A stretch of DNA of 64,000 nt from Candidatus Bipolaricaulota bacterium. Lineage in GTDB: Bacteria > Bipolaricaulota > Bipolaricaulia > Bipolaricaulales > Bipolaricaulaceae. Both the position numbers and the translations under genes were made by a program. The notes under the pieces are model-generated. The model did not search any database. It worked only from the letters and a program-made list of their open reading frames with translations, and was not told where the DNA came from. The stretch covers positions 22,127 through 86,126 of the forward strand of contig JACIWL010000003.1 of NCBI GenBank assembly GCA_014360995.1. Direction: 5' to 3'. Below are positions 1-9,135 of this stretch, in pieces; the stretch's first letter is position 1; the number at the start of each line of letters is the position of its first letter.

Positions 1-1212
1 GAGCTGAAGATCATCGAGTTTTCTCGGCGCACCCGGAACATTGTAGTTTCTCGCAAAGAATGGCAGAAGGACCAGGAAGAGCGCGCCAAAGACGCCCTTT
101 TTGCCTCCCTCACCCCGGGAAAGATCATCGAGGGCACGGTAAAAAGCGTGGTGGACTTTGGGATCTTCGTGGATGTAGGTGGCCATGACGGCCTTGTGCA
201 CCGCACGGAGATCTGCTGGAAAGATATCCCCGCTCCGCCGCCGGGGAAATTCCGGCCTGGCCAGAAGATCAAGGTCATGGTCCTTGAGGCCGACCGCAAG
301 GAGGAACGCATTTCCCTTTCCATCAAACGCCTGAGGCCCAACCCCTGGGAGGGCATCGCCCAACGCTATCCCGTGGGAGCGAAGGTCAAGGGGAAAGTCG
401 TTTCCATCACGGATTTCGGCGCCTTTGTCGAGCTTGAGGAGGACGTGGAAGGGCTTGTCCACATTTCCGAACTTTCCTGGACGCCGGTGAAGCATCCTAA
501 AGAGGTGGTGCAGCCCGGGCAAGAGGTGGAGGTGGTGGTGCTCGCCGTGAACGAGGCGGAGCACCGAATCAGCCTCTCCCTCCGCAAAGCTCTTCCCGAT
601 CCTTGGGAGGATGTGGAGCACCGGTACCCCAAGGGCGCCCTGGTGGAGGGGAAGGTCACGAACGTCACGGATTTCGGGGCGTTTGTGGAGCTGGAGCCGG
701 GGATCGAGGGTCTCATCCATGTCTCCGAGCTTTCCTGGGAACGCGTGTCCCATCCCAAGGAGGTTGTCCAGCCCGGCCAAAAGGTGCGGGCCATGGTCCT
801 CCGGGTGGATCAGCAAAACCGCCGGATCAGCCTCTCCCTTAAGGCCCTCCAGCAGGACCCCTGGGAAGAGTTTTTGGAGCAGTACTCCGTGGGCTCCGTG
901 GTCTCCGGTCCGGTCACGCAGATAAAGGAGTTCGGGGCGTTTGTGCGCATCACCCCCGCCGTGGAGGGCCTCATCCACGTCTCGGAGATCTCTAACGAGC
1001 GAATTGGCCACCCCTCCGAGGTCTTGCGTTTGGGGCAGGAGGTCACGGCCAAGATCATCGGGATCAACGAGGCCAAGCGTCAGGTGCGCCTGTCCATCAA
1101 AAAGCTCCAGGAGGATTTTGCCCAGGCGGAGACGGAGAAGTTCATCTCCACCCAGCCGGTGCGGGAAACCATTACCCTTCGGGAGAGGCTCCGGGAACTG
1201 GGTATGGGATGA
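1..1212 (+). CDS. rpsA: 30S ribosomal protein S1, 5'-truncated by the window edge
   Basis: Frame 1 is open from base 1 (ELKIIEFSRRTRNIVVSRKE...). Four repeated S1/OB motifs of the type G.V.G.V..VTDFGAFVEL...EGL.H.SELSW. The listed start at 148 is an internal codon. Confidence 0.9.
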   Translation, partial: ELKIIEFSRRTRNIVVSRKEWQKDQEERAKDALFASLTPGKIIEGTVKSVVDFGIFVDVGGHDGLVHRTEICWKDIPAPPPGKFRPGQKIKVMVLEADRKEERISLSIKRLRPNPWEGIAQRYPVGAKVKGKVVSITDFGAFVELEEDVEGLVHISELSWTPVKHPKEVVQPGQEVEVVVLAVNEAEHRISLSLRKALPDPWEDVEHRYPKGALVEGKVTNVTDFGAFVELEPGIEGLIHVSELSWERVSHPKEVVQPGQKVRAMVLRVDQQNRRISLSLKALQQDPWEEFLEQYSVGSVVSGPVTQIKEFGAFVRITPAVEGLIHVSEISNERIGHPSEVLRLGQEVTAKIIGINEAKRQVRLSIKKLQEDFAQAETEKFISTQPVRETITLRERLRELGMG

Positions 1213-1528
1213 GGACCACCGCCGCGGCCCAGCGCGCGGTGTGCGCCAACGACACGGGGAATTCCTGGCCGCGCCAAAAAAGGCGCGGCCCATTTTTACT
1301 GGGGAGGATCTCGATCTCCCGAAAGGGCACCCCCCGCCCCAGGGCCTTGCAGAACGCCTCCTTTGCCGCAAACCGCACGGCCAACCTTTGCACGAAAAGA
1401 TCGCCTCGGGCCTTTTGGGCGTAAGCGATTTCCGCGGCGGTGAAAAGGCGGTTCTGCCCGCGCTCCCCCCACCGCGCCAAAAACGTGCGAAAACGGGGAA
1501 CGTCCACGATATCAATCCCTATGCGCAT
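1172..1528 (-). CDS. acpS: holo-[acyl-carrier-protein] synthase
   Basis: 118 aa. MRIGIDIVDV...FTAAE...FAAKEA..KALG is the typical AcpS/4'-phosphopantetheinyl transferase pattern. ATG at 1526-1528 overlaps the gmk 3' end. Confidence 0.85.
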   Translation of the reverse strand: MRIGIDIVDVPRFRTFLARWGERGQNRLFTAAEIAYAQKARGDLFVQRLAVRFAAKEAFCKALGRGVPFREIEILPSKNGPRLFWRGQEFPVSLAHTARWAAAVVLIPYPVPGASPEG

Positions 1529-2139
1529 TGGACAATCCTCATCCGCTCCGCCCGGATGATGGCCTCCACCCGGGCCACCGCCTCCTCAAGGTCGTCGTTG
1601 ACCACAAGGTAGTCGAATTCCGGGATGTGTTGGAGTTCCTCGCGGGCGATGCGCAGCCGTTCGGCCAACGCTTCCTCACTTTCCGTGCCGCGGCGGCGCA
1701 CCCGCCGCACCAGTTCCTCCCAGCTCGGTGGAACAAGGAAGATGAGGACCACGGGGAAGCCCAGGTTGGCCGTGCGGATAGCCTTCGCCCCACGCACCTC
1801 CACATTTAAAACCACATCCAGCCCGCGCTTTAGCCGGTCTATGACCTCGCTTTTCGGCGTCCCATAGCGATGCCCTTGGTAGACGGTCCACTCCAGAAGC
1901 GCTCCTTCGGCGATGAGGCGGTCGAATTCCGCTTCGCTCACGAAGTAATAATCGCGGCCGTGTACCTCCTCGGGCCGGCGCGGCCGCGTCGTGGCGGAAA
2001 CGGAGAACGTGAGCTTGGGATCCCGGGAGAGGAGGGCGGAGATCACCGAGGACTTTCCCACACCGGAGGGCCCGGCGATGACGAAGGCGATGCCTCGTTC
2101 TCCTTGGAGCGCAACGCCCTGAGGAAGGAGGTTTTTCAT
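1519..2139 (-). CDS. gmk: guanylate kinase
   Basis: P-loop GPSGVGKSS and guanylate kinase-like body. The internal ATG at 2137-2139 overlaps the yicC stop as ATGA. The 86 upstream codons of the listed ORF are Gly/Arg/Pro-rich and non-homologous. Confidence 0.9.
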   Translation of the reverse strand: MKNLLPQGVALQGERGIAFVIAGPSGVGKSSVISALLSRDPKLTFSVSATTRPRRPEEVHGRDYYFVSEAEFDRLIAEGALLEWTVYQGHRYGTPKSEVIDRLKRGLDVVLNVEVRGAKAIRTANLGFPVVLIFLVPPSWEELVRRVRRRGTESEEALAERLRIAREELQHIPEFDYLVVNDDLEEAVARVEAIIRAERMRIVQCA

Positions 2140-2990
2140 TCCACGTTCCGCGCCTGTTCGCGGAGGCGCTCCGCCGCAAGGCGCATCTCCAAGGCCAATT
2201 GGGCGAGTTCTGGCCCATAGGCCTTGGCGGCCAAGGTCCCGGCCTCCCGCCCGATCTCTTGGGCCAAGAACTCCAGCTCCTTTCCCACCGCGCCATCCTG
2301 GAAGAGGAGCTCTTCCAGCCGGCGGGCATGGGCCTGGAGTCGATCGAGCTCCTCCCGCACGTCGCTTCGCCCCAAAAGGAGGGCTATCTCCGCGCAAAGC
2401 CGGCCCTCGTCGACCGTCCCCAGCTCCTTTATGCGCGCCCGGAGCCTCTCCGTTGCCAGTTCTTGGTCCTTTTTAGCCAGCTCTTCCGCTTTCGCGAGAA
2501 GCCCCAAAAGGGCTTCCTTTTCGCGGAGGAGAACTTGGCGCAGGGCCTCGCCCTCGCGGGCCCGCTCGATTTGGGCCGCGCCGATGGCCTGGCTTAGCGC
2601 CTCCTCCACCGCGGGCCAAAGGGCTTCTTCATCGGGCCTGGTCTCCTGAAACACTCCCAAGGCGAGAAGGTGGGAAAGGCCCGGCTTTTCCTCCACGCAC
2701 ACCGCTGCGCGTAAGGCTCGCAGATCCGCAAAATACTTTTTCGCGAGCTCCACATTCAACGCTTTTCCTCCTATCTGCGGCGAAGGGGTAAGGCGGACGG
2801 TGGCCTCCACCGTCCCGCGGAAAAAAGCATGGCGCAGCTTTTCCTCCGCGCGATAAAGGAGGAGGGGGAAATCCGAAAGGCCGCGCACGCGGACCTCTAA
2901 AAATCGGCCGTTCAGTGTGCGGAGGTCCACCTCTACTTGGAACCCCTCTCCTTGCGCCCGGCCACGGCCAAAACCCGTCATGCTACGCAA
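2136..2990 (-). CDS. yicC: YicC family stress-induced protein / endoribonuclease
   Basis: N-terminus MRSMTGFGRG matches the YicC signature (E. coli MIRSMTAYA), followed by a long coiled-coil C-terminal half. The start is TTG at 2990, with an alternative ATG at 2981. Confidence 0.85.
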   Translation of the reverse strand: MRSMTGFGRGRAQGEGFQVEVDLRTLNGRFLEVRVRGLSDFPLLLYRAEEKLRHAFFRGTVEATVRLTPSPQIGGKALNVELAKKYFADLRALRAAVCVEEKPGLSHLLALGVFQETRPDEEALWPAVEEALSQAIGAAQIERAREGEALRQVLLREKEALLGLLAKAEELAKKDQELATERLRARIKELGTVDEGRLCAEIALLLGRSDVREELDRLQAHARRLEELLFQDGAVGKELEFLAQEIGREAGTLAAKAYGPELAQLALEMRLAAERLREQARNVE

Positions 2991-3831
2991 CTTCGCTCAC
3001 CTCGCGGAAGAGGGCGGCGGCATAGCCCACGACCTGTTCCATCATCCCTGCGATTTCCCCGGAGGTGCGGTAAAGGAGGAGCTCTGAAGCGCGCAAGTTC
3101 AAAGCCTTTGCCGCAGCGAGGAACAGGGCCAAAGCCCCTACACCACAGATGGAGATGCGCCGCGCCCGCACCACCTCCAGGAACCCAGGAAGGTCCAGGT
3201 CCAAAACATAACGCAGGGCCAAAAGGTCCTTTTCCTTGGCGAGCTCGTGGGGCTCATAGTGGGTGAAGTCCGTGGAGCAAATGAGGACCACCGGTTTTTT
3301 TGCAAGCACCTGGGCCATGTTAGCTCCGGCGCTCTCCGCCTCGCGCAGGGAGAGGGGCTGGACCACTCCTGCCACAAACGGCATTTTCCCGTAAAGGTAG
3401 TGGAGGAAGGGGAGCTGGACCTCCACGGAGTGCTCCTCCAAAAAGGGGGCGTCGGTGATCTCCGCCCCGGTGGCTTCAGCTATGGCGTGGGTGAGCTCGC
3501 GGTGGATGGGCATGGGCCCGAAGGGTGTTTCCCACTCTCCTGGCGCGGCAAGGGAGATGCTCGAGCCCAGGCCAGTGTGATTTGTTCCCAAGATCACCGC
3601 GGCTTCGGGCCGGCCGATCCTCCACAAGGCCAGATACCCCGCGCCAGCCACCGTCCCGGAATAGCGGTATCCCGCATGGGGGAGGATAAGCCCTACCGGG
3701 CGCACCAAAGGCGGCCCCGGAGGCCCGAGTTCCTCTTGGCTTATTCCCAAGCACCTTGCGATTTCCCTTGCTAGCCGCGCCGGATCCGCCGGATAAAACG
3801 TGCCCGCCGCACAAGCCCACCGAAATCCCAT
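2983..3831 (-). CDS. AmmeMemoRadiSam system protein B (MEMO1 family)
   Basis: 282 aa. AGTFYP.D...L and LPHAGY.YSG motifs are typical of the MEMO1/AmrB family. No AMMECR1 or radical-SAM partner lies next to it. Confidence 0.8.
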   Translation of the reverse strand: MGFRWACAAGTFYPADPARLAREIARCLGISQEELGPPGPPLVRPVGLILPHAGYRYSGTVAGAGYLALWRIGRPEAAVILGTNHTGLGSSISLAAPGEWETPFGPMPIHRELTHAIAEATGAEITDAPFLEEHSVEVQLPFLHYLYGKMPFVAGVVQPLSLREAESAGANMAQVLAKKPVVLICSTDFTHYEPHELAKEKDLLALRYVLDLDLPGFLEVVRARRISICGVGALALFLAAAKALNLRASELLLYRTSGEIAGMMEQVVGYAAALFREVSEVA

Positions 3832-3897
3832 TTCCCGCTATTGTACGCCACTTCCCCTAAAAGGCAGTATGATGGCAAGAAGCTCCTGTTGACGAAG

Positions 3898-3937
3898 CCA
3901 GTAATGGTGCTTCGCGATCACGGTTACCCATGGAGCC
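3898..3937. mobile_element. Solo remnant of an IS terminal segment (copy 1 of the block also found at 10349-10388)
   Basis: ccagtaatggtgcttcgcgatcacggttacccatggagcc closely resembles ccggtaacggtgcctcacaattacggttacccatggagcc, which sits next to the IS256-family pseudogene. Confidence 0.45.
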
Positions 3938-4296
3938 TTTTCAGACCCTCAGGGCTTCGGCCAAAGGTCCAAGCCCTTGACATATTCCCCAAGGCCTCCT
4001 TTGACCTCTTTCGGGAAGCCAGGACCCGCTACATAGATCTTCTGCACCTTGCCCCTTACCCGTTCTTTGTGGATCAGCTTACGCACTCCAGTTTCGAATC
4101 GGTGTAGATGGCTTTAAGGAGCTTTCGAGCTTTTTTCGTCTCGCCGCGGGCGTACCCGGTGAGTCTTTTGATCACATTCCAGCATTTCTCTGCACGGGCC
4201 TGGTTGTGGGCAAAAGGAAGCAAGTTTGGGTTTGGGTATTTGAGCGATGTCGCCAGCCCCCAATCCCCAGGTCCAAGTCCCCAAAAGGTACGGATA

Positions 4297-4507
4297 GCGG
4301 ACTTGCGGTGGTAGCTGGTGAGGGCCACAGGCGGGGAGTTAGGGATTGGAGACTAGGGAATAGCGATTCCAAGGGACTTTGGTCGGCAACTTTCCACCAG
4401 TTCACTATACTAGCGCGGGTCATCGGTTCTTTCTTTGTTTTAGGGTAACACCTATTTTGAGGAATCAATGACCTTTTCGGTAACGATTTCAATGAGTCAA
4501 CTCGTTG
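4297..4507. repeat. About 210-bp dispersed repeat, copy 1 (partner at 10596-10805, same orientation)
   Basis: gcggacttgcggtggtagctggtgagggcca.aggc.gggagttagggattggagactagggaatagc.attccaagggactttggtcggcaactttccacca... recurs with scattered substitutions and small indels. No intact ORF is conserved between the copies. Confidence 0.8.
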
Positions 4508-4633
4508 GCTTGCTTATACCTCAATATCCCTTTAGAATATTCGAATGTTGTACCTTGTGGGAAGGAGGTGATTTACGGGCAAATAGTTTTTAGCCAGACA
4601 TAAAAAGTAAAGCAGACAAGGGAGGTGAAGCTG

Positions 4634-6133
4634 ATGAAGAAGTTTTGGGTTTTACTTGTGCTTTTTGTGGGTTTTCTTGGGCTAGCACAGCAATATGGGG
4701 GTACGGTAGTCATTGCCTGGGGTACGGATGCAGTGCGCCTTGACCCGGCAGACATGACCGACAACCCCTCGGAAACGGTGCTCCGCCATATCATGGATGG
4801 CTTGGTGGAGTTTGACGAAGGGCTTAACATAAACCCGTGCCTAGCCAAATCATGGGAGATTTCTGAGGACGGCACGGTCTACACATTTTATTTGCGCGAA
4901 GGCATTAAGTTCCACGATGGAACACCATTCAACGCTGAGGCCGTGGCCTTTAACTTCAACCGCATCATCACCCAAAACCTAAGGAGGACAGCGCTGTTTC
5001 AGCCCTATATTGAGTCCGTTACTGCTGTGGACGAGTATGTAGTGGTGTTCAAGCTTTTTGCTCCCTTCGGTGCTTTCCTGCACCATCTTTCTCATGGTGC
5101 CGCTCTCATTCAGTCGCCCACTGCAGTTAAGACCTGGGGAACGGAGGTGGGCAAACATCCCGTAGGAACCGGGCCGTTCAAGTTCGTGGAGTGGGTTCCC
5201 GGTGATCACATCACTCTTGAGGCTAACACCGAATATTGGAAGGGGCGTCCCTATCTGGACCGCATTATCTTTCAAGTTGTTCCTGAAGCGGCAACGCGCG
5301 TTTTCCGAATCGAGAGCGGCGAAGCTCACGTAGCTACGCGCATTCCCCCCACAGAGGTCCCCCGACTTCAAATCAACCCCAATATCGAGGTCATGGTTCG
5401 GCAAACTCTGCGGGTGATATACATTGGCATGAACAACCAGAAGCCGCCGTTTACGGATGTGCGGGTGCGGCAGGCTGTGAACTACGCTATTGATAAGGAG
5501 CTACTCTGCCAAAGCATTCTCGGAGGCTATGCCGATCCTGCGGATTCCCCCTTGGCCCCCTTGACTTGGGGCTATTACTCCACTGGTGGGTACCCCTACG
5601 ACCCGGAGAAGGCCAAGGCGCTCCTTGCCGAGGCTGGTTATCCCAATGGGTTCGAAGCAACCCTTTACACGCCGAAGGGGCGCTACCTAATGGACTATGA
5701 GACCGCTTTAGCTGTGCAGGCGATGCTGGCGGACGTGGGGATTAAAGTGCGCGTTCAGGTCATGGAGTGGGCGGCATATCTCAGCATGCTGGAGCGCCGC
5801 GAGCAGGAGATGTTCCTTTTGGGTTGGGCTCCTTCCACTGCCGACGGTGACTGGGTCTTGCGGCCTCTTCTCCACTCCGCCAACTGGTCGCCGCGCGACA
5901 ACAACGCCCTTTACGCCAACCCCGAAGTGGACGCCCTCATTGAGCAAGGTATGAGGGCCATGGGGCAGGAGCGCTATGAGCTTTATAAAAAAGCACAAGA
6001 GATCATCGTACGCGATGCACCTTGGGCTTTCCTCTACGTGCTTAAAGACATCAACGTCTACAACAAGAAGCTTCACAATGTGCAATACTTGCCCATTGAA
6101 ATACTTCTCGTGAAGAACGCCTGGCTTGGGTAA
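4634..6133 (+). CDS. ABC transporter substrate-binding protein, family 5 (DppA/OppA/NikA-like)
   Basis: Signal peptide MKKFWVLLVLFVGFLGLAQQ and family-5 SBP-like body. GGAGG lies 8 nt upstream of ATG 4634. The listed GTG at 4625 is less likely. Confidence 0.85.
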   Translation: MKKFWVLLVLFVGFLGLAQQYGGTVVIAWGTDAVRLDPADMTDNPSETVLRHIMDGLVEFDEGLNINPCLAKSWEISEDGTVYTFYLREGIKFHDGTPFNAEAVAFNFNRIITQNLRRTALFQPYIESVTAVDEYVVVFKLFAPFGAFLHHLSHGAALIQSPTAVKTWGTEVGKHPVGTGPFKFVEWVPGDHITLEANTEYWKGRPYLDRIIFQVVPEAATRVFRIESGEAHVATRIPPTEVPRLQINPNIEVMVRQTLRVIYIGMNNQKPPFTDVRVRQAVNYAIDKELLCQSILGGYADPADSPLAPLTWGYYSTGGYPYDPEKAKALLAEAGYPNGFEATLYTPKGRYLMDYETALAVQAMLADVGIKVRVQVMEWAAYLSMLERREQEMFLLGWAPSTADGDWVLRPLLHSANWSPRDNNALYANPEVDALIEQGMRAMGQERYELYKKAQEIIVRDAPWAFLYVLKDINVYNKKLHNVQYLPIEILLVKNAWLG

Positions 6134-6191
6134 ATGGAGACGGGCCCCGCCTCGGATGGGTGGGGCCCTTTCTTTTTTACCCTAATAGGAA

Positions 6192-7112
6192 ATGCTGGCC
6201 TTCTTCGTGCGACGCCTTTTGATGCTGCTTTTTGTGCTTTTTTCCGTAGTCACCATGGCCTTTTTCGTCATGCGGCTGGCGCCGGGAGACCCGGCGCGGA
6301 TCATCGCCGGCTTTGACGCACCTTACGAGACAATCTTGGCCCTGCGGCGTGAGCTAGGGCTGGACCGACCAGTGATTGTGCAATATGTTCGATATTTGGG
6401 GTCCCTTCTTCGCGGGGACTTTGGCCGCTCCTACAACACACGCCGGCCAGTTTTGGAAGAGCTGGGCTGGCGTTACAAGAACACCCTAATCCTTGCTATC
6501 TGCGCCGTCTCTTTTTCCACATTTTTGGGGCTAACTTTGGGAGGGCTTTCCGCTATTAAACCTTACTCAATTTTTGACAACTTTGCCATGGTTGTTGCGC
6601 TCCTTGGCGTTTCCGCTCCTATCTTCTGGTTGGCCGTCATTTTCATGTGGGTTTTTGGGGTGAAACTCCGCATCTTTCCCACCGGAGGCACAGGGACAGT
6701 TCGTCATATCGTCCTTCCTTCTTTGACGCTGGGATTGGCTTTATCCGCGGTTATTGCGCGTATGACGCGAAGTTGCCTTTTGGAGTGTTTGGGGCAGGAC
6801 TATGTACGCACTGCACGAGCCATGGGTTTTGGGGAAAGGACCGTGATCTTTCGCTACGCCCTGCGTAACGCCCTTATCCCGGTGGTCACTGTAGTGGGCC
6901 TGCAGCTTGGGTATTCCTTGGCCGGGGCAGTTCTAACCGAAACCGTATTCGCTTGGCCAGGCCTTGGACGACTTTTGGTTGACTCCATATTCGCCCGAGA
7001 TTATCCGGTAGTGCAAGGGTGCTTCATCTTTGTGGCGTTCACTTTTGCTCTTACGAATTTTCTCGTGGATGTCGTTTACTCTCTTTTGGATCCTCGCATT
7101 CGCTATCACTAG
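6192..7112 (+). CDS. ABC peptide transporter permease (DppB/OppB-like)
   Basis: 306 aa polytopic membrane protein. C-terminal ...VDVVYSLLDPRIRY is characteristic of DppB/OppB permeases. Confidence 0.9.
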   Translation: MLAFFVRRLLMLLFVLFSVVTMAFFVMRLAPGDPARIIAGFDAPYETILALRRELGLDRPVIVQYVRYLGSLLRGDFGRSYNTRRPVLEELGWRYKNTLILAICAVSFSTFLGLTLGGLSAIKPYSIFDNFAMVVALLGVSAPIFWLAVIFMWVFGVKLRIFPTGGTGTVRHIVLPSLTLGLALSAVIARMTRSCLLECLGQDYVRTARAMGFGERTVIFRYALRNALIPVVTVVGLQLGYSLAGAVLTETVFAWPGLGRLLVDSIFARDYPVVQGCFIFVAFTFALTNFLVDVVYSLLDPRIRYH

Positions 7113-7114
7113 CC

Positions 7115-7951
7115 ATGCGGATCCTAAAGACCATCTTCCGCAATGTGGGCGCTACCCTTGGCTTTTTCGGTGTTTTGGCGTTTATAGTTGTCGGAATAAC
7201 CGCTCCTTACATTGCTCCGTTTGATCCAAACAAACAGAACCTGCGTGCCATTTTTCAGCCACCTTCGCAAGATCATCCATTTGGTACAGACCAGTTTGGC
7301 CGGGATGTTCTGAGCCGGGTATTGTGGGGAGCCCGAACCTCCCTTATTGTAGCCACGAGCGCCATCGCTTTAGCCATGCTTATGGGAGCGCTTGCGGGCG
7401 TTATTGTAGGGTACCGGGGCGGCTGGTTGGACGAGGTGGTGATGCGCTTTGTCGACGTCCTTTTGACTTTTCCCGACATTTTCTTGGCCATCATCATCAC
7501 CGCTGTTGTTCCGCCAGGTTTAGGTACGACGATTCTTGCTATCGCTGTGTATAACTTGCCTCAATTCATCAGAGTAGCACGTGCTGCTGCTCTGAACGTA
7601 CGGGAAAATGCGTTTGTGGAAGCAGCGAAGGCAAGCGGTGCCTCTACTAGCCACGTGGTGTTTAGACATATCTTGCCTAACTCCTTGGCGCCGATCGTTG
7701 TTTTGGCTACCCTGCGTACGGCCGCTTCTATCTTGACTGCTGCCGGTTTGAGTTTTTTGGGGTTGGGGGTGCAACCGCCCACAGCGGAGTGGGGTACGAT
7801 GGTTAGTGAGGCAAGGGTTTATATCGTATCCGCGCCCTGGACCAGCATATTTCCTGGCTTAGCCATTTTCTTCACGGTGCTTTCCTTTAACCTTTTGGGG
7901 GATGGCATCAACGACGCGTTGAACCCGCGCCGGCGGGCATTTCGCGGATAA
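7115..7951 (+). CDS. ABC peptide transporter permease (DppC/OppC-like)
   Basis: Start MRILKTIFRNVG at ATG 7115, 3 nt after the upstream stop. C-terminal LLGDGINDALNPRRR is typical of DppC/OppC. Confidence 0.9.
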   Translation: MRILKTIFRNVGATLGFFGVLAFIVVGITAPYIAPFDPNKQNLRAIFQPPSQDHPFGTDQFGRDVLSRVLWGARTSLIVATSAIALAMLMGALAGVIVGYRGGWLDEVVMRFVDVLLTFPDIFLAIIITAVVPPGLGTTILAIAVYNLPQFIRVARAAALNVRENAFVEAAKASGASTSHVVFRHILPNSLAPIVVLATLRTAASILTAAGLSFLGLGVQPPTAEWGTMVSEARVYIVSAPWTSIFPGLAIFFTVLSFNLLGDGINDALNPRRRAFRG

Positions 7952-7963
7952 AAGGAGGTTTGA

Positions 7964-9103
7964 ATGAGCAAAGTTTCTGGAACGCTCCTTGTCCGTAACG
8001 CCAATATATTTGCCCCTCAACCTTTGGGCATAAATGACATCCTTGTGGTTGCCGGAAAAATCGTTTTTATTTCTGAGGACATTGAAAAGCCTTCCTGGGT
8101 GGAGAAAGAGTTTGATTGCGATGGCAGATGTGTTATACCTGGGCTTATTGATCTTCATGTGCATTTATTGGGCGGAGGCGGTGAAGCCGGTCCATCTTCA
8201 CGCCTTCCCGAAGTAACTTTTGCCGAGCTTGCTCAAGGCGGAATTACCACTTGTGTAGGTTGTTTAGGCACAGATGATGTTACACGGCACTTAGAAGAGC
8301 TTTTAGCGAAAGCACGGGCCTTGTGCGACCAAGGAAGCACAGCCTACATTTACACTGGTTCCTACCAAATTCCCCCTGTAACTTTAACCGGTTCTGTAAA
8401 ACGAGATCTTGTACTAATTCCGGAGGTAATTGGGGTCGGAGAGATAGCTATTTCCGATCATCGCTCTTCTCAGCCCACGCTTGAGGAGTTTGTGCGGGTG
8501 GCGGCAGAGGCTCGTGTAGGGGGGCTGCTGGGGGGAAAACGAGGAATAGTGCACATCCACGTAGGTAGCGCTCCCTCTGGGCTTGAGATCCTTAGGCAGA
8601 CCGTGCAAAGCACACCCCTTCCCATCTCCCAATTTCATCCCACCCACGTGAATCGGACACCAAAGCTTTTGGGGGAGGCGGTGGAATGGGTAAGGGCAGG
8701 AGGAACGGTGGATTTGACCGTGCCAAGTAAAACGCTGACCTGGGAGTTTGTGAGTGCAGTACGAAAGTTGGCAGAGGTTGACCCGGATTGGGAAAGATTC
8801 ACATTCAGCTCGGACGGGGGTGGGTCCATGCCCAAGTTTGACGAACACGGGCACCTTATTGGATATGCTTCAGGCGATGTGCGAGCCCTGTGGGAAGCGG
8901 TTAGAGGCCTTCTTCAAGAAGGTTTTCCTTTGGAAATCGTGTTGCGACCCGTTACGGTGAACCCGGCGCGGATTCTCGGTATCGAAGGAAGCAAAGGAGA
9001 AATAGATGTGGGAAAGGATGCCGACCTTGTTGTTTTGGACGAAAACTTCCACGTAGTGGCGACGATTGCTAAAGGCAAGGTGATTTACTCTGCTGCTTTA
9101 TAG
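7964..9103 (+). CDS. iadA: isoaspartyl dipeptidase (beta-aspartyl peptidase)
   Basis: GLIDLHVHLLGGGGEAGPSSRLPEV, AISDHRSS and PTHVNR blocks match E. coli IadA. AAAGGAGG lies upstream of the ATG. Confidence 0.85.
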   Translation: MSKVSGTLLVRNANIFAPQPLGINDILVVAGKIVFISEDIEKPSWVEKEFDCDGRCVIPGLIDLHVHLLGGGGEAGPSSRLPEVTFAELAQGGITTCVGCLGTDDVTRHLEELLAKARALCDQGSTAYIYTGSYQIPPVTLTGSVKRDLVLIPEVIGVGEIAISDHRSSQPTLEEFVRVAAEARVGGLLGGKRGIVHIHVGSAPSGLEILRQTVQSTPLPISQFHPTHVNRTPKLLGEAVEWVRAGGTVDLTVPSKTLTWEFVSAVRKLAEVDPDWERFTFSSDGGGSMPKFDEHGHLIGYASGDVRALWEAVRGLLQEGFPLEIVLRPVTVNPARILGIEGSKGEIDVGKDADLVVLDENFHVVATIAKGKVIYSAAL

Positions 9104-9135
9104 AAGCGTAAACCCGTGGTTTTTTACTCCTTGAC

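Noticed and set aside
9104-9135. Terminator after iadA (aaaccc-gtg-gtttttt)
   Set aside because: The stem is only about 5 weak base pairs, which is not convincing as an intrinsic terminator.
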